In this document: one piece after another, positions 16,993-26,959 of the stretch
Layout: every line of letters begins with the position of its first letter
Position numbering within the stretch: position 1 is the stretch's first letter
From: a candidate division WOR-3 bacterium
GTDB lineage: Bacteria > Hydrothermota > Tepidihabitantia > SM23-42 > CAYGYG01
Assembly (NCBI GenBank): GCA_965648915.1
Contig: CBFGIV010000025.1
Location: forward strand, 1 to 32,033
DNA length: 32,033 nt
Reading direction: 5' to 3'
Translations under genes and position numbers: made by a program
The notes under the pieces: model-generated
Told to the model about the DNA's origin: nothing
What the model saw: the letters and a program-made list of their open reading frames with translations, nothing else
The model's database searches: none

Positions 16993-19002
16993 ATGAAATT
17001 AACCTTGCTCTTTTCCTATCTGTTGATAATATTCACCAACTCAGATTCAGATCAGGATAAAGATAAGAACGACACACTCAAAACCTACTACTTCGCTGCG
17101 ACAACAGTAACTGCAACCCGGATTAAACAACCAATCAAAGATGTGGCCCTGACAACAATTGTCATCGACCGAAACCAGATTGACAAGACATTGCCGGTAG
17201 ATGTTCCCGAGGCAATCAGACAGTATCCGGGTATTGACATCTTCCACTATGGAGGGCCAGGAGCCTTATCGAGTATATCGATTCGGGGAGTGATGTCCAA
17301 TGGCATACTGGTCTTAAAGGACGGAAGACCGGTCAACTCCATCCTGACCGGAAATTGCGACCTGAGCAGTCTGAACTTAAATGAGATTGAACGGATTGAA
17401 ATCGTAAAAGGACCCACTTCGAGTTTCTATGGCGCTAATGGACTGGGCGGAGTAGTAAACTTTATCTCGGAAAAGGAGATAAAAGGACTGGAAATTTCTC
17501 TAAAAAACAGACTGGGACTCTATTCATTCCAGGAGAACTACATCGACCTTAATATCCCGATCAATAAGTTGACAACAAGACTATCCGGCAATCTCATAAC
17601 TTCCGATGGAATTAGAAGTAACAGTGATTACTTAAATAAATACATTAGCGGTCATATCAAATATGCGAACCCAAAAATCGACCTGAATTCAATCTTCTCA
17701 TACAACTGGCGTGACCTCGGCGTCCCCGGACCAAAACCGTATAAAAATTCGATCCCCCTCTTCGGCGATTCAACTGCCTCATCACTCTTTGATCGCGAAA
17801 AGGACAAGATCTGGATGGCAACAGTCAGGGGAGAATTCAGACCGACTGCAAAGATCGGGCTGGAGACAAATCTCTATGCCGATCGGAGAGATATCCAGTT
17901 CCACACTCAATATTCCGGTTTTATGAACGATACAATTATCGAAGATTACAACTGGCTTGTCCATACCATCGGGGTTAACATAAATGGGTCTATTAATTTG
18001 AATAGGATACAAATTATCAGCGGGGTTGACTTCCGTTATGATTCACTCAGGACAGTTAAGGAGACAAATCAGCCGGGTGATACAAACTGGTCACCGGCCT
18101 CAATAACCGGCGGTGGATGGTTTGCCACAAATATTGCGCCCCATCAGAAGGTCCATCTGACCCCCAGTATCCGCTATGACCACAATTTAACCTATGGCAA
18201 TTTCGTCTCACCGCAGTTAGGTCTCGTATTCCACCTTCAGGACTGGTTAAGATTGAAAGGTTCGGCGGGCAGGGCATTCCGGACCCCAACCTTCAATGAC
18301 CTCTACCTCCCTGTTTATGGAAATAGTAAACTCAGACCTGAATACGGAAATAGTTTTGAGGCCGGTTTTGAGTTAAACTCTGACTATCGGTTTTCGATTT
18401 TGTTCACCGCCTACGAGCGCGAAATAAAAGATAGGATCGCCTGGCAACCGGATAAAGGCGGCATTTATAAACCCATAAATATAAACTTTACAACTATCCG
18501 GGGATTTGAGATGGCTTCGGCTCTCGCCCTGACCGGATTTCTCAAAACCGAATTTAATCTAACCCTTCAGAAAGGTCGACAGAGGAATCGAGAACTCATC
18601 TACAGTGACTGGCTGACCGATTCCCTTGCCTTCGCAACCGTCGAACGCGACCTCGCCTACACACCGGATATACTCTCAAACTGGCGCAACACCTTAGAAC
18701 TCCCGGGGAAAATTACATCAGTCTTAAATATCTCTTACACGGGCCGGCGCAAAAATTATTATGAGGATTGGTCATATACCCCTAATATTTTTATGAGGAA
18801 GAAGACCTTGAAACCTTACTTTTTGCTCGATGTTTCAATCTCAAAATCTATCAACGACTACATTCTCTTCAGTACCGGTCTGAAGAATATCCTGAATGAA
18901 CAATATACAGTCCAGTTCGGCAGTACCATTATTGACCGTGACTATCCAATGCCCGGCCGGCAGATATTTATTGAGATTCAGACTCACTACCGGAGAAGAT
19001 AA
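16993..19002 (+). CDS. btuB: TonB-dependent cobalamin receptor (BtuB-like)
   Basis: SD AAGGAGG (16981-87) then ATG; TonB-box-like TVTATR; plug SISIRG...LVLKDGRP, IERIEIVKGPTSSFYGANGLGGVVN; FRTPTFNDLY, GNSKLRPE; under a B12 riboswitch. The ORF-track start at 16789 lies inside the riboswitch. Confidence 0.88.
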   Translation: MKLTLLFSYLLIIFTNSDSDQDKDKNDTLKTYYFAATTVTATRIKQPIKDVALTTIVIDRNQIDKTLPVDVPEAIRQYPGIDIFHYGGPGALSSISIRGVMSNGILVLKDGRPVNSILTGNCDLSSLNLNEIERIEIVKGPTSSFYGANGLGGVVNFISEKEIKGLEISLKNRLGLYSFQENYIDLNIPINKLTTRLSGNLITSDGIRSNSDYLNKYISGHIKYANPKIDLNSIFSYNWRDLGVPGPKPYKNSIPLFGDSTASSLFDREKDKIWMATVRGEFRPTAKIGLETNLYADRRDIQFHTQYSGFMNDTIIEDYNWLVHTIGVNINGSINLNRIQIISGVDFRYDSLRTVKETNQPGDTNWSPASITGGGWFATNIAPHQKVHLTPSIRYDHNLTYGNFVSPQLGLVFHLQDWLRLKGSAGRAFRTPTFNDLYLPVYGNSKLRPEYGNSFEAGFELNSDYRFSILFTAYEREIKDRIAWQPDKGGIYKPININFTTIRGFEMASALALTGFLKTEFNLTLQKGRQRNRELIYSDWLTDSLAFATVERDLAYTPDILSNWRNTLELPGKITSVLNISYTGRRKNYYEDWSYTPNIFMRKKTLKPYFLLDVSISKSINDYILFSTGLKNILNEQYTVQFGSTIIDRDYPMPGRQIFIEIQTHYRRR

Positions 19003-19293
19003 TGGCTCAGGCTCAATTCTGTCTATAAAATATAAACTCCCCCTCCATTTTACATTGTAAAGGTTCTTGGAGAACCTCCTGCTTCAGAACGAACTGCCCG
19101 CACCCACGATAGGGCGGGGAATTTGGGCACATATTTTAAATTTGCAAAAATCGTGCCATTTTCCCTTCTGGAAGATTTGAAAAAATAAGAACAAATTAGG
19201 AGAATAACGGCTGGAGGGTAGAAATCTTCCTATCTGGGAATTTTTTTACCCAGAAGGAGAGGAAAAGAATTTTTAGAATCCTTTTCAAATTTC

Positions 19294-20544
19294 TCAAATC
19301 GCCACTTCTTTTAATATATTATATGCCTTCTCTTTATCCTTTTCTTCAAGAAATATTGTTATATCCGTATAGATCGTCATCATCTCAATGATATTGATAC
19401 CGCGCATTGCCAGAATATCACCGAGCCTTCCAATTACGCCTGGCTCTTCAACAAAGGAAGGGCTTGACACTTTTATCCTTCCGATCCCTTTCCTGATCGA
19501 TATGGTCTTGAAACGCTCATCTATCCTCGAAACCTCGAATAGATCCTGATACGCCTCTTCTGCCATCTCTTCCGGAATATAGATCCCGATATACTGTTCG
19601 CTCAAAGAGACACCGAATATGGAAATCTTCTTTCGGGCCAACCGTTCCGTGAGTTTATTGAGCAGTCCGAAGGTGGCAATCGAGACAAAATCTTCTCCCA
19701 CAATCGTGATCGCGGCTAACCGCTCTTCATTCTTAAAGACATCGGCCTTGACATATCCTGTAATCTCCGTCCCGCCAGCATCAAACCTCTCACTTTCATA
19801 ATGGACAATCCTTGCCTTCTGTTCCGGGAGTTTATACTGGAGTGCATCGTGATGGATCACCCGTGCACCGCCCCGGGCCATTATCATCAATTCTTTTACG
19901 GTTATCTTTTCCAGATGCTCTTGTTCACCGACTTTCCCCGGATCACCCTTCATAACACCAGCAACATCAGTAACAATAATCACTTCATCCACCCGGCAAC
20001 AGCGTCCAAGCAAGAATGCGCTGACATCACTGCCCCCTCTTCCCAGAGTAATAATTCTTCCCTCTTCATCTTTTGCTAAAAATCCGCAGACTACCGGGAT
20101 AATTCCTGATTTAATCAGCGGTTCAAGAAATTGCTGACAGCGTGCTTGAGTCTTCACCAGATCAATCACCGCACAGCCTGACTGATTGATCTTTTCCTGA
20201 GCCAGAATACCGGTTTCGATCGCCCTGCCTATAACCGGCCAATAATCGCTTTCCGGAGTTATCGCCCGGGCCTGAATATTCAATGACTGCAAAGCTGCAG
20301 TCATCAGGTTGGCCGAGAGTCTTTCACCAAAAGAAGCTATCGTGTCAATCATTTCCGATGATGCATTACTCTGGGTGACACTGTTTAAGAGGCTGATCAG
20401 TTCATCCGTCCTCTTTCCCATCGCTGAAACCACAACAATAATCTCATCCCTGGCTTCTCTCAGGTCCTTTATTCGGCCAGCCATCTTCCTTAAGAGTTCA
20501 CCAGAACCGATACTTGTACCACCAAACTTAATCAGTCGTCTCAT
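19294..20544 (-). CDS. lysC: Aspartate kinase with C-terminal ACT domains
   Basis: KFGGTS, VVVSAMG, SFGERLS, TLGRGGSDVSA, TDVAGV...DP, GARVIH; two ACT-like domains; SD AAGGAGG; downstream of lysA. Confidence 0.9.
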   Translation of the reverse strand: MRRLIKFGGTSIGSGELLRKMAGRIKDLREARDEIIVVVSAMGKRTDELISLLNSVTQSNASSEMIDTIASFGERLSANLMTAALQSLNIQARAITPESDYWPVIGRAIETGILAQEKINQSGCAVIDLVKTQARCQQFLEPLIKSGIIPVVCGFLAKDEEGRIITLGRGGSDVSAFLLGRCCRVDEVIIVTDVAGVMKGDPGKVGEQEHLEKITVKELMIMARGGARVIHHDALQYKLPEQKARIVHYESERFDAGGTEITGYVKADVFKNEERLAAITIVGEDFVSIATFGLLNKLTERLARKKISIFGVSLSEQYIGIYIPEEMAEEAYQDLFEVSRIDERFKTISIRKGIGRIKVSSPSFVEEPGVIGRLGDILAMRGINIIEMMTIYTDITIFLEEKDKEKAYNILKEVAI

Positions 20545-20579
20545 CTACCTCCTTTAATTTAATTAATCCTTATTTTCAT

Positions 20580-21833
20580 CTACATCAGAAACCGAGGTAT
20601 CGTCTCACCCCGGATTAAATCCTGCCAGGTTTCGCGCTCTCTTATTAGATATGCCCTTTTACCCTTAACCAAAATCTCAGCGCATCGGGGTCGAGAATTA
20701 TAATTTGATGACATTGAAAAACCGTAGGCACCAGAACTCATTATGGCAATCAGATCTCCGCGCTTAACACCGGGCATCAGGCGATCCTGGGCAAAAAAAT
20801 CACCCGATTCACATATCGGTCCAACAACATCTGCCCGGATCCTCTTTCTCGTCCTGTGAACCGACATAATTTCGTGATAGGCATTATAGAGCATCGGCCT
20901 GATTAGATCGTTCATCCCGGCATCAACGATAACAAAATTCTTATTCGATGTCTTTTTTATATAAATAACTTTAGTCAAAAGTACCCCTCCGTTTCCAACC
21001 AGCACTCGGCCCGGTTCCATCATAATCTTCAAGCCGAGATTTTTTATTACCGGACGAAGATGGCTGGTGAGTTCCTCAAAGGTAAATACGGTCTCATCTT
21101 TGTAGGTGATACCGATACCACCTCCGATATTGACATATTCGATTGGAAACTTCTTCTGGCGGAGCCTCTGGACAAAGGTAATCGTCCGGGTAAACGCTGA
21201 AATAAAAGGTTCGATCTCCACGACCTGAGAACCGATATGGTGGTGGATACCAATGACCTTCAACTCAGAATAAGAGCGTGCCCTATTATAGACCTGATCA
21301 GCCTTTGCCATTTCAATACCAAACTTACTCGTCTTTAAGCCTGTGGCAATATAGCGATGGGTCCGGGGATTGATATCGGGATTGATCCGCAGGGCAACAT
21401 TGACCCGAATTTTATTCCTCCTTGCTGTCTGGGCCACCACATCCAGTTCCTCTTCAGAATCGATCACGATCATAAAGATATTTCTTTTAACGGCATAATC
21501 GATCTCTTTCTCAGTCTTGCCCACACCTCCAAAGATAATACGATCGGGTGAAAATCCCGCCCGGAGTGCACGGTATATCTCACCTCCTGATACAACATCG
21601 GCCCAGGCACCAAATTTTTTGAAAGTCCTTAAGATTGCAATATTGGAATTTGCCTTCACCGCATAGGTCAATATAAATTCAACCGGACGCCAGGCCTTTA
21701 CCAGCCGATGGTAGTGCCGGGCAAGCGTCTGATAAGAATAGACATAGCAGGGCGTGCCAAATCTCTCCCCGATCTGCTCTAATGGTATATCTTCACAGAA
21801 AAGGCTCCCATCCCGATAATTAAAAAAGTTCAT
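20580..21833 (-). CDS. lysA: Diaminopimelate decarboxylase
   Basis: YAVKAN (PLP Lys), DVVSGGE, SKFGI, HIGSQ, EPGR, DAGMNDLIRP, GPICESGD, GAYGFSMSSNYNSRPR. Confidence 0.96.
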   Translation of the reverse strand: MNFFNYRDGSLFCEDIPLEQIGERFGTPCYVYSYQTLARHYHRLVKAWRPVEFILTYAVKANSNIAILRTFKKFGAWADVVSGGEIYRALRAGFSPDRIIFGGVGKTEKEIDYAVKRNIFMIVIDSEEELDVVAQTARRNKIRVNVALRINPDINPRTHRYIATGLKTSKFGIEMAKADQVYNRARSYSELKVIGIHHHIGSQVVEIEPFISAFTRTITFVQRLRQKKFPIEYVNIGGGIGITYKDETVFTFEELTSHLRPVIKNLGLKIMMEPGRVLVGNGGVLLTKVIYIKKTSNKNFVIVDAGMNDLIRPMLYNAYHEIMSVHRTRKRIRADVVGPICESGDFFAQDRLMPGVKRGDLIAIMSSGAYGFSMSSNYNSRPRCAEILVKGKRAYLIRERETWQDLIRGETIPRFLM

Positions 21834-21841
21834 CGCCCAAT

Positions 21842-24205
21842 CTACGGGATTATATGAAATTCGACCCGACGATTCAATTCCCGACCTGAGAGCCGACGGT
21901 TATCGCCTATGGGCATCGTCTCTCCAAAACCACGGGCATAGAGTCTCGATGGATCGATACCATGAGCAATCAGATAATTACGAACTGACTCAGCCCGGCG
22001 CTGAGAGAGCATCAAGTTATACATATCATCACCAACACTATCGGTATGGCCATCGATCTCAATCTTTACCCCTGGGTTTTTCAACAAAAAGTCAACAATC
22101 TCATCAAGATAAGAGTAATTTTCAAATCCGACTTCGGCTGTTCCATAGCGAAAATAGATTTCACGCAGAACAACCCTTCCCTGGGGTTGAGGTTTAGGCC
22201 CGGGCTCAAGATAAAAACTTATCACCCTCAATTCACCGCCGGTAAGAGTCAGGGTTGCATCCTGAGAAGCAAAACCATCTGCCTGAACTGTGAGCCGGTA
22301 GTGACCCGGTGGTAGATCGGCCTGAAAGATGCCGGTTGATGGATCACTGAATATCTGCATCTCCTTTGTCCCTTTAAAATCGATGCGCGCCGATATCGGG
22401 TTTGCATTTTTAGCATCATAGATGCCCCCATAGATTGAGGATGCCTTAATCTCTTTCCTCATCAATATATTTAAGTTTGCAACCTCACCTTCTTTCACCA
22501 CCAGATCTTCTTCCTTCCTGTGATAACCAGCAATTTCGGCGGACACCCGATAGACACCAGGCATCACGGTCAATTCATACAGACCATTTAAGCTGTTTGT
22601 TTGATAATTTGTTCCGACCAGAGAAATTCGGGCATTGAGCGGAATTTCTGTCTCGGAATCGATCACGCGGCCGGTGATTTTAGCCAGCGAAGGCAAGGGA
22701 ACAATTTCGCTTGCCTTCTCCAGGGCGAATTCAAAGAACTGCTCACCTTCTGAAACCTCAACCCGCTTCTCCTGACGGGTATATCCCGGAGCAGTAATGA
22801 CAATATAATAGTTGGCCGGCTCCACTTTTATCGAAAAGTTACCGGTCGCAGGGTCGTTACGGATCGAACCAATATCTGAACCTAAGAGTTCAATCCGTGC
22901 TGGAATCGGATTCCCGGTCCGGTCATCGATAACACGACCCGATATCTTACCGGTCTTTACAATCTCCCGAACCACACCTTTTTTCTTTAACTCAAAATCA
23001 ACAACCAATCCCTGTCCGGACTTGATGATCAAAGAACGCTCTTTAGGTTCATAACCGGGTGACTCCACATGGATGAGATAAGAACCCTGAGGTAAAACTG
23101 CACCATATCGGCCATCGCTACCACTCATTACTGAATTTATCCTGGTTCCGGGAAAGGAGACAACTGCTTCAAGTGGTTCCTGGTCATCGACATCAATAAT
23201 TCTTCCCATCAGATTTCCGGTCTGTTTCTCTTCAGGCACTTCCGGGAACAGGGTCGATGAAAATGTCAATCCCAGTGCTAATCGCCAGTCGGCAACATCA
23301 GAAATATTCCGGATATACACCAGATCGACTGAACCGCCCGGGATAAGACCAATTTTTAATCCACCCAGCGCAAGAATCGAATCTCGTCCACTACTCGCGC
23401 CCCGATAATTCACAACCTCCCCAAACAGTGAAGAACGGTTATGGATATTAAGGTCACCGGTCAAACCATAAAATATCTTGTCTTCTCTGAAGACCTTGCT
23501 GTTCCAGGAAGCACCGGTATTGATCCGTCCAATATTTGCATTGATACCGAGTGCACCAAACTCGATGCCCATCAGGAGACGGTAGTCGATGTCCGATTCA
23601 TGGCCATAGACTCTGGGAAAGCCTCGATTGACCAGGGCGGTATCACGCTTGGGCATTCTCATACCGGCTTCAATACCGATCTTCCCTCCCAGATAAGTAG
23701 CGAAGAACTTCTCTTCGTTTCTTACTAAATGATGCCCTACCTTGAGTCCGCCCCCATAGCCGGTCCAGCCGTATGAATAGACATCCTTACGCAGAATTGA
23801 AGGTATACCAATTACATCCGTCTTCTGATCATAACGAACTGTAGCACTAACAAAACCGTTGACCTCGATAAACTTAAACATTGTATAACTGAAGTTCACT
23901 CGGCCTGAACCAAAGTGGCGATGGTCATTATAGATATGGATTCTGACTGTATCTGTATCCTGGTAGGCCTGGTTAAAATAGATGCCGTAGAGATTTAAAC
24001 CAAATGTACCTGCTTTATCACATTTAGCAGTTAATACTTGAAAATTGCCTCGCCCCCCATAAGGAGAGACAAAAGCTGAGAGGATGGATACTAAGATTAG
24101 AGATAACAAGAGTGAAAAAATCTGCAAAGATCCTGGCCGTCCATAGTCCCTTAGACGCGAGTTATGGTCAGAAATTAATGATATAAAATTTTTCATCTTC
24201 GCCAT
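21842..24205 (-). CDS. Large OmpA-family protein: N-terminal putative beta-barrel, four carboxypeptidase-regulatory-like repeats, C-terminal OmpA peptidoglycan-binding domain
   Basis: Repeats G(R/G)(I/V)(I/Y)Dxxxxx(P)(L/I)xA x4; C-terminal IEIDGHTDSVG...NLMLSQRRAESV...GFGETMP...NRRVEF; alternating beta-strand N-terminal region after a signal peptide. Confidence 0.87.
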   Translation of the reverse strand: MAKMKNFISLISDHNSRLRDYGRPGSLQIFSLLLSLILVSILSAFVSPYGGRGNFQVLTAKCDKAGTFGLNLYGIYFNQAYQDTDTVRIHIYNDHRHFGSGRVNFSYTMFKFIEVNGFVSATVRYDQKTDVIGIPSILRKDVYSYGWTGYGGGLKVGHHLVRNEEKFFATYLGGKIGIEAGMRMPKRDTALVNRGFPRVYGHESDIDYRLLMGIEFGALGINANIGRINTGASWNSKVFREDKIFYGLTGDLNIHNRSSLFGEVVNYRGASSGRDSILALGGLKIGLIPGGSVDLVYIRNISDVADWRLALGLTFSSTLFPEVPEEKQTGNLMGRIIDVDDQEPLEAVVSFPGTRINSVMSGSDGRYGAVLPQGSYLIHVESPGYEPKERSLIIKSGQGLVVDFELKKKGVVREIVKTGKISGRVIDDRTGNPIPARIELLGSDIGSIRNDPATGNFSIKVEPANYYIVITAPGYTRQEKRVEVSEGEQFFEFALEKASEIVPLPSLAKITGRVIDSETEIPLNARISLVGTNYQTNSLNGLYELTVMPGVYRVSAEIAGYHRKEEDLVVKEGEVANLNILMRKEIKASSIYGGIYDAKNANPISARIDFKGTKEMQIFSDPSTGIFQADLPPGHYRLTVQADGFASQDATLTLTGGELRVISFYLEPGPKPQPQGRVVLREIYFRYGTAEVGFENYSYLDEIVDFLLKNPGVKIEIDGHTDSVGDDMYNLMLSQRRAESVRNYLIAHGIDPSRLYARGFGETMPIGDNRRLSGRELNRRVEFHIIP

Positions 24206-24211
24206 GGGGTG

Positions 24212-24239
24212 ATTATATAGAAAAAAAATAAATTGTCAA
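24212..24239 (-). promoter_or_regulatory. Perfect sigma70 promoter TTGACA-N16-TATAAT, 6 nt before ATG 24205 (leaderless configuration)
   Basis: Minus strand reads TTGACAATTTATTTTTTTTCTATATAATCACCCCATG. Confidence 0.78.
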
Positions 24240-24255
24240 TCAAAAGCCAGCGGAT

Positions 24256-24290
24256 ACTTTACATCTCTCACCGTGTCAAAAGTGTAAAGT
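24256..24290 (-). terminator. Hairpin after ahcY (possible terminator or operator)
   Basis: ACTTTACA (24256-63)-N19-TGTAAAGT (24283-90) inverted repeat, extendable by G-U pairs on the minus-strand RNA; no immediate U-tract. Confidence 0.35.
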
Positions 24291-24321
24291 GTTCTTCTTG
24301 AAAAAATCTGCGGCTATGTGG

Positions 24322-25572
24322 TTAGGTCCCTATCTTCCAGGATGAGAGATATATTTGCTGTTCTCTGGTCAATCGGTCGATTGAAATCCCCATCGATTTT
24401 AATTTTAAGCGAGCGATCTCTTCATCAATTTCTCTCGGTAATCTGTAGACCTTTTTTGCCAGTCGTCTCCGGTTATTAACCAGATACTCAGCCGCAAGTG
24501 CCTGATTGGCAAAGGACATATCCATAACCATTGCCGGATGTCCTTCAGCAGCGGAAAGATTAACCAACCTCCCCTCGGATAGGAGATATATCCTCCGGCC
24601 ATTTTTCAAAAGATACTCTTCGCAAAACCGCCGGATCGTTCTCTTGCGCCGGGCAACTTTGCTCAGTGCAATCTTGTCGATCTCAACATCAAAATGGCCA
24701 CTATTGGCCATTATCGCGCCGTCCTTCATCAAGAGGAAATGGCGCCGGGTCAAAACTCTTATGTCACCGGTTACCGTAATAAAGAGATCTCCAATCTTCG
24801 CTGCCTCATCGGCCCGCATCACTGAATATCCATCCATCCGGGCCTCAAGCGCTTTGACCGGATCGACTTCACATACTATAACCCTTGCCCCCATACCCTG
24901 GGCCCGCATTGCCACACCCCGGCCACACCAGCCATAACCAATAACGACAACATTCATTCCCGCAATCAGGATATTGGTTGCGCGCAGAACTCCATCTATT
25001 GTGCTCTGTCCGGTACCATATCGATTATCAAAAAGATGTTTCGTATCTGAATCATTGACGGCGATGATCGGAAAGAGTAGCGCCCTGTCCCGCTCCATAC
25101 TCTTTAAGCGAATCACCCCGGTTGTCGTTTCTTCGGTCCCGCCGAAGATATCTCTGGTCTTCCCTTTCTTGTGCGCAGTTGAAATCAGGTCTGCACCATC
25201 ATCAATCAGGATGTTAGGTATTTGAGCCATAACATTCTCGATGTGACGATAGTAGTCTTTTCGTGACTCACCCTTAATTGCGAATATTGGAATCTGGTAG
25301 TCTTTCACAAGGCAGGCAGCAACATCGTCCTGGGTTGAGAGCGGATTTGATGCGCAAGCCATTACCCGGGCACCACCGATTTTTAAAGTCTGGAGGAGGT
25401 TTGCCGTCTCCGTTGTAATGTGGAGACAGCAGGAAATCCTTACATCCCGTAATGGTCTCTTTTTCTTAAACCTTTCCCGGATCAACCTCAGGACCGGCAT
25501 CTTTGCTTCGGCCCACTCAATCCTCTTCTTCCCTTCAGCGGCAAGTTTTATATCCCTGATGTGATATTTCAT
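24322..25572 (-). CDS. ahcY: Adenosylhomocysteinase (SAH hydrolase), short type without the ~40-aa insert
   Basis: [73 protein letters not shown]. Confidence 0.96.
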   Translation of the reverse strand: MKYHIRDIKLAAEGKKRIEWAEAKMPVLRLIRERFKKKRPLRDVRISCCLHITTETANLLQTLKIGGARVMACASNPLSTQDDVAACLVKDYQIPIFAIKGESRKDYYRHIENVMAQIPNILIDDGADLISTAHKKGKTRDIFGGTEETTTGVIRLKSMERDRALLFPIIAVNDSDTKHLFDNRYGTGQSTIDGVLRATNILIAGMNVVVIGYGWCGRGVAMRAQGMGARVIVCEVDPVKALEARMDGYSVMRADEAAKIGDLFITVTGDIRVLTRRHFLLMKDGAIMANSGHFDVEIDKIALSKVARRKRTIRRFCEEYLLKNGRRIYLLSEGRLVNLSAAEGHPAMVMDMSFANQALAAEYLVNNRRRLAKKVYRLPREIDEEIARLKLKSMGISIDRLTREQQIYLSSWKIGT

Positions 25573-26714
25573 TTTAACCTTGCCTCGCGCTTAAGAATCT
25601 CTACTGAATCACAGAATTCCCAGGGGAACCCTTCATCCTCCCGTCCAAAATGGCCATAGACCGATGTCTTCTTATATATCGGTCGACGGAGTTCAAGCCG
25701 ATCAATGATTCCCTGAGGGGTAAAATCGAAGATCTCTTTTATTATTCGGACAATCTCTTCTTCTGAAATTCGGCCGGTGTTATAGGTATTCACCGCCAAT
25801 GCTACTGGCTCGGCGACCCCGATCGCATATGCAATCTGAAGTTCACACTTATCAGCAAGACCAGCCGCAACGATATTCTTTGCCACATAACGCGCCATAT
25901 ACGATGCTGACCGATCAACCTTGGTTGGATCTTTACCAGAAAAACAACCACCGCCATGTCGACAGTATCCACCATAAGTGTCGACCTGGATTTTACGGCC
26001 GGTAAGCCCGGTATCACCCTGGGGACCACCAATTACAAAGCGACCGGTTGGATTGATAAAGAACTTGGTATTGCTGTCCACCATCTCTTTAGGCAGAATA
26101 TGTAATATCACATTTTCCCTTATTGCATTTCTTACCTTATCAATCGTGACATCAGGATGGTGCTGGGATGACAGAACAATGCTCTCTATCCGCACCGGTT
26201 TATCATTTTCGTATTCAACAGTTACCTGAGACTTACCATCCGGTCTTAAAAAAGGCACAATATTGGTCTTACGCACTTCCGCCAGCCGTCGAACAAGTTT
26301 ATGGGCGAGGATAATCGGCAAAGGCATCAGTTCCTTGGTTTCACGACAGGCAAAGCCATACATAATGCCCTGGTCACCTGCACCACCGATATTCACCCCT
26401 TGAGCAATATCGACCGATTGTTCCTGAATTGAAGTCAGCACCGCACAGGATTCATATTCAAAGCCGGTCGTTGGATCAGTATAGCCCGCATCCCTTATTG
26501 TATTCCTGATTATATCAGGGATATCGACATAACACTCAGTCGTAATTTCACCGGAGACAAAAATTAATCCTCGCGTGACCATAGCTTCACAGGCAACCCG
26601 ACCGAAAGGATCCTTTTCCAAAATTGCATCCAGAATCGCATCTGAAATCTGGTCACAGATCTTGTCCGGATGACCTTCGGTCACTGATTCGGATGTGAAT
26701 AGATATTTAGCCAA
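25569..26714 (-). CDS. metK: S-adenosylmethionine synthetase
   Basis: [59 protein letters not shown] start with SD AAGGAGG; ATGA overlap with ahcY. Confidence 0.97.
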   Translation of the reverse strand: MAKYLFTSESVTEGHPDKICDQISDAILDAILEKDPFGRVACEAMVTRGLIFVSGEITTECYVDIPDIIRNTIRDAGYTDPTTGFEYESCAVLTSIQEQSVDIAQGVNIGGAGDQGIMYGFACRETKELMPLPIILAHKLVRRLAEVRKTNIVPFLRPDGKSQVTVEYENDKPVRIESIVLSSQHHPDVTIDKVRNAIRENVILHILPKEMVDSNTKFFINPTGRFVIGGPQGDTGLTGRKIQVDTYGGYCRHGGGCFSGKDPTKVDRSASYMARYVAKNIVAAGLADKCELQIAYAIGVAEPVALAVNTYNTGRISEEEIVRIIKEIFDFTPQGIIDRLELRRPIYKKTSVYGHFGREDEGFPWEFCDSVEILKREARLK

Positions 26715-26857
26715 GTGACCTCCTTGGTTTCATAAACAGGGAATCTATCTTAAATTTTAATATCTGCTTTTGATAAATATCACGGCGCAAGAATTGTAAA
26801 AATTGTCTCATAAATAAACTTTTATCTTTTGCCTAAAATTTCTTACTAAAGTTTAAG

Positions 26858-26885
26858 ATTATATCTTAAATTTTCTATAAGTCAA
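26858..26885 (-). promoter_or_regulatory. sigma70 promoter TTGACT-N16-TATAAT for metK-ahcY
   Basis: Near-perfect hexamers about 140 nt upstream of the metK start. Confidence 0.7.
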
Positions 26886-26925
26886 GTGCCTGAATGATAA
26901 AAGATAAATATTGCCTATTTTTTTC

Positions 26926-26953
26926 TTGACTTAGATAGGAAGAGAATTATAAT
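26926..26953 (+). promoter_or_regulatory. sigma70 promoter TTGACT-N16-TATAAT, 6 nt before GTG 26960 (leaderless configuration)
   Basis: TTGACTTAGATAGGAAGAGAATTATAATATCGATGTG. Confidence 0.75.
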
Positions 26954-26959
26954 ATCGAT

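Noticed and set aside
20545..20579. Lysine riboswitch or attenuator before lysC/lysA
   Set aside because: The gaps are only 35 and 8 nt, and the operon's first gene appears leaderless.
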